A stretch of DNA of 21,741 nt from NCBI GenBank assembly GCA_046583315.1, contig JAYGCN010000189.1, forward strand, positions 1 through 21,741. The letters are read 5' to 3'. Each line of letters begins with the position of its first letter. Position 1 is the first letter of the stretch. A program made the translations under genes and the position numbers. The stretch is from Candidatus Hydrogenedentota bacterium. Lineage in GTDB: Bacteria; Hydrogenedentota; Hydrogenedentia; Hydrogenedentales; GCA-2746185. Below are positions 8,884 through 16,005 of this stretch, piece by piece. The notes below the pieces were generated by a model that ran no database searches, was not told where the DNA came from, and saw only the letters and a list, made by a program, of their open reading frames with translations.

Positions 8884-10041
8884 TTAACCCGGTGTGATTT
8901 GTCCCAGCACGACTTTGCGGTTGGCCCCGGTGGCGCTGGGCACGTTGGATGGCGTGCCGCAGATGGTTTCGTTTCCGAGAATCGCAAAGGCAATGGCTTC
9001 ACGAGCATCGACGGGCATGTTGTAGTGATCGCTGCGTCGGACCGTGATGCCTTTGAGCCCCTGACTAATGAGCTTCGTGAGCGTTTTGTTGTGTGCGCCG
9101 CCGCCGCTGATGACGAAGCGTGAGATGTTGTATTGGGGTTTGACGAAACGGTTGAAGGCTCGGTTAATGCTGTAGGCGACCGCGGCGGTAACGGTAGCCA
9201 TGATGTCTTCGGCGCGCCGATCCCGTCGGCTGGCGAGGGCATCGCGCAGGTAGACATCGGGGCCGAATTCTTCACGGCCTGTACTTTTCGGGGGTAGTTC
9301 TCGAAAGTAGGGGTGTTCAAGCAAGTACTCGAGAAATTCGTCGATAACGACTCCTTGCGCGGCCAGAGCGCCGTCTTCGTCCATGCTTTTGGCTCCGACG
9401 GTAATGAGACGCATGGCGCCGTCGATGATCATGTTGCCGGGTCCGGTATCGAAGGCGAGTACGTCTTCCAATTTTGGGGGGACGACGGTAATGTTCGCGA
9501 TGCCTCCGATGTTCAGGAAAGCGGCGGTGCGATCGTCACGATGAAACAATACCCAGTCGGCGTAGGGAACCAGGGGAGCGCCTTGACCACCGGCGGCCAT
9601 GTCGCGCGGGCGAAAGTTTGAGATGACGGGTAGCTTGCATTTTTCTGCGATGATGGCTGTCTCGCCAATCTGGAGTGTGCCCGAGCCTTCGTGGTTGCGT
9701 GGGGGAAGATGGGCGACGGTGTGGCCTGAGCTTGCGATGAAATCGACATCGACGGGTTCGGCGCGTGCGACCTTGATCATGGAAGCTGCTGCCTTGGCCA
9801 TTTGTTCGCCCAGTTCAAAATTGAGCGCGCATAATTCCTTGGCATCGTGGCGGGATGCAAGCAGGCGCAAGGTGAGATCCGTGGAAAAAGGAAACGATTC
9901 GAAAGCGATGAGTTTCATGACCAATTCGGGGCCGGTACCTTTGATTCGTACGAGTGCTGCATCGACACCGTCGCATGAGGTGCCGGACATGAGGCCGATG
10001 CCGTAGCGGGCATCTTTTTTCTGTAATTTCTCCAAGTTCAA
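8884..10041 (-). CDS. anmK: Anhydro-N-acetylmuramic acid kinase
   Basis: GLMSGTSCDGVD, DMAAGGQGAPLVP, LNIGGIANIT, FDTGPGN, PPKSTGRE, GGGAHN and EAIAFA motifs. Confidence 0.96.
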   Translation of the reverse strand: MNLEKLQKKDARYGIGLMSGTSCDGVDAALVRIKGTGPELVMKLIAFESFPFSTDLTLRLLASRHDAKELCALNFELGEQMAKAAASMIKVARAEPVDVDFIASSGHTVAHLPPRNHEGSGTLQIGETAIIAEKCKLPVISNFRPRDMAAGGQGAPLVPYADWVLFHRDDRTAAFLNIGGIANITVVPPKLEDVLAFDTGPGNMIIDGAMRLITVGAKSMDEDGALAAQGVVIDEFLEYLLEHPYFRELPPKSTGREEFGPDVYLRDALASRRDRRAEDIMATVTAAVAYSINRAFNRFVKPQYNISRFVISGGGAHNKTLTKLISQGLKGITVRRSDHYNMPVDAREAIAFAILGNETICGTPSNVPSATGANRKVVLGQITPG

Positions 10042-10042
10042 C

Positions 10043-11587
10043 TTAACGTACCTTTTCGATAGAGACGCCTGTAAAGTAATGATTCAATATGTCTTTGTAG
10101 CGGTGCCCTGCTGCCGCCATGCCGCGTGCGCCGTGCTGGCATAAGCCCACGCCGTGTCCACGTCCGCCGCCGTTGAGGTGAAATTTCCGATTGGGGGTTG
10201 TTCCCGATACGGACAGATCAAACATCGCACTTGGAAGGCCACCCAGTGCCTGTCGGATCGGAAGCTCTTTTTTGATGACCACGGTATCGGTGCTTCCATG
10301 GATGCGAATCCATTTTAGTCGACCACCAACTCCGCGTTCACCAAGTTCGATTCGGTCAATGCGACCAACGGTAACTTTCTTTCCAATCATAGCATGAAGT
10401 TCGCTCTCAGAATAGTCCCGCGTCCATCGGAAGCCAGTTGGATCGCCATTGCAGAACGCTTGCGAAGAAGAGGATAACCACTTTTTCACGGCTTGCGTAG
10501 ATTGCAGATCGGATTGTGATCGCTCGGGTGTATCCGGCACGGCACGAAGTGCTGCATTTGGGGGGCCAAACCAGATGGTGTCGTTGTTGGCGGTCCAACC
10601 TCCGCAATTTGCGGAAAATACGGTAGGTACGATCATCTCGTTTTGCACGAGTATTTCGCCGCGCGTGTTGCGCAGTGCATTGTCGGTCTCTTCAGCCTGT
10701 CGATTGATGCCGTGATAGGCGCGGCAGTGTTCTTTGTTGCAGAAGTCGAAATTTTCGAGGCTGTGTTTGGTGGAGAGATTGACGAGCACTTCGCTTCGTG
10801 CGGAGACGGCTTGCGCCTTGAGTGCTTCTTCGGGCCAGAGCGCGGGCATTTCGGATGGTAGGACTCCGCGCAGATATTCCTCGACGGTTGAATGCTCCAG
10901 AAGCTCCAGTCCGCCTTTGGGAGAGATGGTTAGTTCGAGGCGTCCGGAATAGGCGAGATGTTTGAGGCGTTCATCCCAAAAACCGACGTTTACATTGGCG
11001 ACGGAAAGTGCTTTCGATGACGTCAGCGTGATGGGTAGTTGAAGGGAGTAGGCACCTTTCGGGCCTGTCAGTTTTACCGTGCCCGTGCCGGGCTGTACAG
11101 TTTCGGGCCGCATCCAGGTCCATTGTTCGGCGGCTTCCAATTCCTTTTTCTTCTGGTCAGCCTCCTTTTTTGAGGAGGCCCGGGCAATGGAGATCCAATT
11201 TATCCGGGCATCAAGAATTCGATCGCGACTCGTGGTTAGTTTCTTGCCAATCGTGATGGATTTCGCGGGATATCCGCGTTGTTTCCAGGATTCGATGTAG
11301 GCCTCCTGCGCCGCGGCTTGCGTCAGGGTAAAGGTTTTGGAGAAGAGGTGAAATTGCTGGACGGGTGGCGTGGTGGTCTGGCGCGAGAATTCGTAGAGGC
11401 CTGCGGGTAAGGGATAGTTGTTTTGCGCGTCGGACACGGTGAAACCCATGGGGGAGAATACGGTGACCACGTCGACACTCTCCAGCAACTGAATCGCGAC
11501 CATTTCTTCGGAGAGGCCTTCGGCTGCGGTTGCAGCGAATGGTAGAAGGGTCACGAGTCCGATGAAAAATTTAATCCTCCAGTGCAT
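10043..11587 (-). CDS. Secreted SpoIID/LytB-domain protein (putative lytic transglycosylase)
   Basis: Signal peptide ending ATAA; EEYLRGVLPSEMP, EALKAQAVSARS, FSANCGG and GRGHGVGLCQHGA...YKDILNHYF are SpoIID/LytB signatures. Confidence 0.92.
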   Translation of the reverse strand: MHWRIKFFIGLVTLLPFAATAAEGLSEEMVAIQLLESVDVVTVFSPMGFTVSDAQNNYPLPAGLYEFSRQTTTPPVQQFHLFSKTFTLTQAAAQEAYIESWKQRGYPAKSITIGKKLTTSRDRILDARINWISIARASSKKEADQKKKELEAAEQWTWMRPETVQPGTGTVKLTGPKGAYSLQLPITLTSSKALSVANVNVGFWDERLKHLAYSGRLELTISPKGGLELLEHSTVEEYLRGVLPSEMPALWPEEALKAQAVSARSEVLVNLSTKHSLENFDFCNKEHCRAYHGINRQAEETDNALRNTRGEILVQNEMIVPTVFSANCGGWTANNDTIWFGPPNAALRAVPDTPERSQSDLQSTQAVKKWLSSSSQAFCNGDPTGFRWTRDYSESELHAMIGKKVTVGRIDRIELGERGVGGRLKWIRIHGSTDTVVIKKELPIRQALGGLPSAMFDLSVSGTTPNRKFHLNGGGRGHGVGLCQHGARGMAAAGHRYKDILNHYFTGVSIEKVR

Positions 11588-13388
11588 GCCGCAGATGACC
11601 TCCAGATTTTGTGAGTGCGTCGATGGCTTCGGATTCGCTCAAGCCTTTGCGATGCATGAGTACGGCTATTTTTATGTCCCCGTCCGCGTTGTCTATCGCG
11701 TCGGCGGCCTGCGCTTCGGCAAGGTTCAGCAGATCGGCCGCGACGCGAATGGTGCGGGACTGAAGTTTATCGTTCACGGCTTTCACGCCGACCATGCGGC
11801 CTTCGTAGATGTGACCGCAACGGGCCATGGCGCCGGTGGTGATTTGGTTGAGCGCGAGTTTGGTGGCGGTGCCGGCTTTGAGGCGCGTGGAACCGGGTAA
11901 TACTTCTGGGCCGGTATCCAGCAGGATGTGGATGTCCGCCGCGTCGCAGGTGACTGGATTGCAGGCGATGAGCGCGGTGCCGGCATTCAGGCTGGCGGCG
12001 TATTCGAGGGCGCTGAGTACGTAGGGGGTGGTACCGGACGCGGTGATGCCGACGACGAAGTCTGCTTTTGAGGGAAAGGGGCTTAGCGACATGAGGTCTT
12101 CGACGGCCTGATCTCGGTCGTCTTCGGCCCCTTCGATGCTGTTGCGGAGGGCTTTGTCCCCACCGGCGATGATTCCGACGAATCGGTCTGGAGCGACACC
12201 GAATGTGGGAGGGCATTCTGAGGCATCCAACACGCCGAGTCGTCCGCTGGTACCGGCGCCCAAGTAGATGACTCGCCCGCCATCCTGATAGGCCTGTGCG
12301 GCGCGATCGATGGCGGCTGCGATGGAATCCTGCGCACCGTGCAATGCGTTCTGCACAGCCGATTCAGATTCAGACATCCATTGCGTAATCTCCAGCGCGG
12401 TCATCGTGTCCAGCGGCTTCGGGGCGTTGTCCATTTGTTCGGTGGCAGGGAGCGCATGAGCTGATTCTCTGATTGCGATGGCGCAGTTGGGTATTGGATT
12501 GTTGAATAGTTGCGCTACGGCCGCGTGCCCTGTCGTGGTGGCGATTTGGGGATCGGAGTTGGGCCAGAGGTTTTTGAGTGCTTCGCGGTAGACGGTTGCG
12601 AATACATCGGAGCCGAGTAGCAGGCCGCCGTAGAGGAGGATGGGAACGTCGTCAGCGAGATCGTTGGTGTGGCGTGCCATTGAGGTTTGGTCGGCGAGGA
12701 AGGAGGCCTGATCGGCCACCAATTGCGCGGCGACTTCATCTTGGTCGCCCGCCTGATCGACGACTATTTTTGCGAGTGCTGCGATGTCCGATTTGGTTGC
12801 GCCGCTTGCCCACACAACCAGTCCGTCCACATCGTGGGATTCAGTCTCGTCGAGTAGTGTCTGCAACAGTGTGGTCGACTCACCCGTACCGTCCACTGCG
12901 GCGGCACAGGCTTCGAGTGCGCCCAATCCGAGTCGGTAGCCGCTGCCCCGGTCGCCCATGAGTGCTCCGTGGCCGCCGATGAGGGATACGTTTCCTGTTT
13001 CGTTGCGCGCCATCACGCTTGACCCGGTTCCTGCGATCACAAGAATGCCTGGACCTTCGGGTATGTTGGCGTGGAAGACCGGGGCGATGTCATTGGTGAC
13101 GATGACTTTTGGGATTCCTGTCGCCTGACTTAATGAGTTGGCGAGTTGATTGGCAAGGTCGCCTTTTCCGGCTCCGGCGACACCTGCAATTAGTGTCGCG
13201 CAGTCGTCTTCGTCGATGCTTAGATTATTGATCAGTGACACGAGAACGCTGGTGGCGCAGGTCACGCCGTGCTCTATGGGGTTGGCCGCTTCCCCAATGG
13301 TCTCACGCACAAGAACTCCCGTTTTGGCATCGTAGAGTCCGGCTGTGGAGCGCGTTGCCCCGGCTTCGATGGCAATGAATGTGCTCAT
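11571..13388 (-). CDS. murQ: Fusion protein (605 aa): BadF/BadG-type (NagK/MurK-like) amino-sugar kinase plus N-acetylmuramic acid 6-phosphate etherase MurQ
   Basis: N-half: AIEAGATRS, GVAGAG, VTND, VIAGTGS, GDRGSGY. C-half: TEQ, GAGTSGRLGVLDASECPPTFG, EGAED, TGPEV..GSTRLKAGTATK. ATG at 13388 overlaps the upstream TGA (ATGA); the ORF-track start at 13568 lies inside the upstream gene. Confidence 0.93.
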   Translation of the reverse strand: MSTFIAIEAGATRSTAGLYDAKTGVLVRETIGEAANPIEHGVTCATSVLVSLINNLSIDEDDCATLIAGVAGAGKGDLANQLANSLSQATGIPKVIVTNDIAPVFHANIPEGPGILVIAGTGSSVMARNETGNVSLIGGHGALMGDRGSGYRLGLGALEACAAAVDGTGESTTLLQTLLDETESHDVDGLVVWASGATKSDIAALAKIVVDQAGDQDEVAAQLVADQASFLADQTSMARHTNDLADDVPILLYGGLLLGSDVFATVYREALKNLWPNSDPQIATTTGHAAVAQLFNNPIPNCAIAIRESAHALPATEQMDNAPKPLDTMTALEITQWMSESESAVQNALHGAQDSIAAAIDRAAQAYQDGGRVIYLGAGTSGRLGVLDASECPPTFGVAPDRFVGIIAGGDKALRNSIEGAEDDRDQAVEDLMSLSPFPSKADFVVGITASGTTPYVLSALEYAASLNAGTALIACNPVTCDAADIHILLDTGPEVLPGSTRLKAGTATKLALNQITTGAMARCGHIYEGRMVGVKAVNDKLQSRTIRVAADLLNLAEAQAADAIDNADGDIKIAVLMHRKGLSESEAIDALTKSGGHLRHALED

Positions 13389-14662
13389 GAGGCCTTCTCC
13401 GCAGTGTCTTCGACGCGATCCGGGCAGAATTGCTGCATGGTGCTTGTGCGTACCGCTCCCGTGGCGATTAGCTCCTTTAGCATGAGCGCGACAGGTTTTG
13501 GCGTGCGTGTGAGACGTTCGGGGTCCACATGAAACAGGCCGCGCCGAGAGGTGTATCCGCGTTCCCATTCAAAACCGTCGAGCAGGCCGTAGTAGAAGTA
13601 TCCTCGAATGTCGATTTTCCGTTTCAGCATTTGGGATACCTCTTGGAGATGATTAAGTAAGTAGCCACATTGTTCTGCATCATCATCCGAATCGGAGCCG
13701 TTTCCGAGGATGTAGAATGGAATCGAGTAGTTTCGAAAGGTGTGGAGGAGTTTTTCGAATGCTGCCGGGCACGGTGTGCACCGGAGCGAGCGCGGACCGT
13801 CCTGAGCGTATTGGACGAAGGCGCGACGCGACGCGCGCCAATTCCAGGTGACGGTCTGACTGCCGAAGTAGGAGAGTCCTATGAAGTCCACGACTGATGA
13901 TATTTGGTTATTTTTGGCGAGTGCATCCAGGAACGCATGATTGCATCGTGATGCTTCTTGATGCGCGGCGCGGGCATCCCATGCACGATAGGGATTGCTC
14001 GGTGTGTAGTCCGCGATACGAATGCCGACGCCGACTTGTGCATCGGCGTTGGCTTCTTTGATGGTTTCGTAACCCGCACGATGTGCATTGAGTAGGTTGG
14101 TATCAACTGTTCGTTTGTTTCGCGCACTTTGCACATTCGGTGGCCAATGGCCGAGGCGATAGGCTCGTTGTGCGAGATGGGTTGGTTCGAGTATGGGAAT
14201 CCAGTGATTGCAGAGGTCTCCGAGCGATTCGACGACGGCTTCGGCGTAGGTGCGGAACTGATCGACTGTTTCTGCGTTGAGCCAGCCTCCGTTGTCGGCA
14301 ATCCAGATTGGTAGCGTCACGTGGGAAAGTGCAACGATAGGTGTTATTCCTGCGTCGCGCATTGTCGTGAGGAGTTTGAAGTAGTGCGCCATCGCTTTCT
14401 TGTTCGGAGGTCCCTCTTTCGGCTGGATTCGGCTCCATTCGAGGGTAATGAGCAGTGCATTCAGGCCGAAATCCCGGGCGACGCGGATGTCGTCTTTGTA
14501 GTGACTCTTGAAATCGGCACCGCGCTCGGAGGTGGTGTTGTCGGCGATGTTCCCCGGTCGTTTTTCCCAGCGGCACCAGTCGCTTTCGTGGTCTCCGCCC
14601 TCGACGCAATGGCTGTGGAGTGAGGCACCCCACAAGAAATTGTCTGGAATGGATTCGAGCAT
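13385..14662 (-). CDS. Glycoside hydrolase family 1-fold protein (425 aa) with a non-canonical active site (nucleophile absent)
   Basis: PDNFLWG...EG, EWSRIQP, LSH.TLP.W...GGWLN, LEP, DFIGLSY, RGYFYYGLLDGFEW..GY...GL..VD...RTPK follow the GH1 pattern. ATG at 14662 with AGGGGGA RBS. Confidence 0.9.
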   Translation of the reverse strand: MLESIPDNFLWGASLHSHCVEGGDHESDWCRWEKRPGNIADNTTSERGADFKSHYKDDIRVARDFGLNALLITLEWSRIQPKEGPPNKKAMAHYFKLLTTMRDAGITPIVALSHVTLPIWIADNGGWLNAETVDQFRTYAEAVVESLGDLCNHWIPILEPTHLAQRAYRLGHWPPNVQSARNKRTVDTNLLNAHRAGYETIKEANADAQVGVGIRIADYTPSNPYRAWDARAAHQEASRCNHAFLDALAKNNQISSVVDFIGLSYFGSQTVTWNWRASRRAFVQYAQDGPRSLRCTPCPAAFEKLLHTFRNYSIPFYILGNGSDSDDDAEQCGYLLNHLQEVSQMLKRKIDIRGYFYYGLLDGFEWERGYTSRRGLFHVDPERLTRTPKPVALMLKELIATGAVRTSTMQQFCPDRVEDTAEKAS

Positions 14663-14793
14663 CGGTTCCCCCTGAACACGTGGCTCTATGGTACACCATT
14701 GCCATGCATACATGAAACAACAGGGGCCTCAAAACGCGATTGTGCGTAAGGAGGCCCGGGGATGGTTTGATGTGCAAAGTTAGATGTGTGAAG

Positions 14794-15837
14794 TTAGAAG
14801 GTGCTTTCGTCACCTTCGCCAAGATCGACGAGCCAGAAGTTTCGGAATTGCACGTAGTTTCCGTGGCCCTGAAGTTTTACGTGGCCGGGCTCTGTGGGAT
14901 GGGGTTCCATGCGTTCGTTTTCTTTCCAGCCAGTGATCCATTTCATTTCGGTTTCGTTGTGGATGATGACACCGTTATGGAGGACGCTCATCGTGGGGTT
15001 TTCGGTGAGTTCGCCGTCGGCGTTGTGGCGTGCGGCGCGGTACATAACGTCGAAGGTTTGCCATTGCACGGGCGGTGCGGACGCGTTCACATGGGGCGCG
15101 GAGACTTTGTAGAGGGCGCCGCATTCGTTGTAGAGGCCCTCCAGACCGTATGAGTCGAGAATTTGCACTTCGTATTCGTCGCCCATGAAGAGTCCGCTGT
15201 TGCTCCGGCTTTGACCGCGTGCACGCGGCATGTGGGCGAGTCGGAATTCGAGGTGAATGCGGACATCCCGGTAGACTTCTTTGCTGGTGAGGTAGTCGGA
15301 TTCGGGGGTGACCATGAATACGCCGTTTTCGAGGCTCTCCCAGCCGGTCGAATCTTCGAAATTGTCGAAGTCTCCGTCGTAAATCTGGATTGCTTCGGCC
15401 GGAGCTTTGAGTTCGAGAGTGGGAGATAGGCGCACGATATGTTCCATCTTGAATACGTCAGTCTTCCCCTTGCCTCCGGTAAATACCCCGTTCTTGATTT
15501 CACCGTAGAAACGACCGTCTTCGAATTTGATGACACCTTTTTTCGCACGCACTTCGGTGTCGAGCTGAACGGGCGCGCGCATGTCGAGTTTGGAGACAAT
15601 TTTGATGCGATATTTGTCCCCGCCGAGTGCGATAACTTGTGCCGCGACTTCGGGATCAATGTCGATTTCGTCGTTCCATCGGCCAAGATAGTCGCCGATG
15701 AGGGGATCGGGGTTTTGGGGAAAGAGGTCGTCGACCGTTTTTCTGGCCGCGGCGCCGGCGTTGAGCGCGATGACGCAAATAAGGCTGCCGATTATCACTG
15801 AAAAGCCACTTCGCAGGGCTTTGGAAGAGGTAATCAT
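14794..15837 (-). CDS. Secreted DUF1080 (3-keto-glycoside hydrolase/eliminase-like) protein with an extra N-terminal domain
   Basis: HLEFR, RSNSGLF, YEVQILDSYG, CGALY, WQTFDV and LQGHG..VQFRNFW motifs; N-terminal signal peptide; GGAG RBS. Confidence 0.88.
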   Translation of the reverse strand: MITSSKALRSGFSVIIGSLICVIALNAGAAARKTVDDLFPQNPDPLIGDYLGRWNDEIDIDPEVAAQVIALGGDKYRIKIVSKLDMRAPVQLDTEVRAKKGVIKFEDGRFYGEIKNGVFTGGKGKTDVFKMEHIVRLSPTLELKAPAEAIQIYDGDFDNFEDSTGWESLENGVFMVTPESDYLTSKEVYRDVRIHLEFRLAHMPRARGQSRSNSGLFMGDEYEVQILDSYGLEGLYNECGALYKVSAPHVNASAPPVQWQTFDVMYRAARHNADGELTENPTMSVLHNGVIIHNETEMKWITGWKENERMEPHPTEPGHVKLQGHGNYVQFRNFWLVDLGEGDESTF

Positions 15838-15856
15838 GTTTTTTCTCCGTTAATCA

Positions 15857-15885
15857 TTGTACTTTTCGGGTCGAAGTCTTATGAT
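15857..15885 (+). promoter_or_regulatory. Putative sigma70-type promoter toward the epoxide-hydrolase-like gene
   Basis: TTGTAC (15857-15862), 17-nt spacer, TATGAT (15880-15885) in the divergent intergenic region. Confidence 0.45.
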
Positions 15886-16005
15886 ACCTTATTCAGGCTG
15901 TTGGCTGTCCGGCGCTGTTCGGCGTTGGTAAATCGGAACTTACGCGCTTGCGTGGGTTTCCATCAGAAGATAATTATTCACAGATAACTGAGGAGGGTTT
16001 GATCC

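Noticed and set aside
8859..9320. N-terminal extension of YraN in the 277-aa ORF
   Set aside because: Out-of-frame overlap with anmK, low-complexity S/P/A sequence, and a good RBS plus GTG at 8858.
13389..13568. 60-aa N-terminal extension of the kinase-MurQ fusion
   Set aside because: Overlaps the GH1 C-terminus; the ATGA coupling at 13385-13388 gives a start right at the kinase fold.
13385..14662. Calling the GH1 gene a pseudogene or an ordinary beta-glucosidase
   Set aside because: The frame is intact with RBS and translational coupling, so not a pseudogene; the nucleophile and its partner residues are missing, so canonical activity cannot be assumed.
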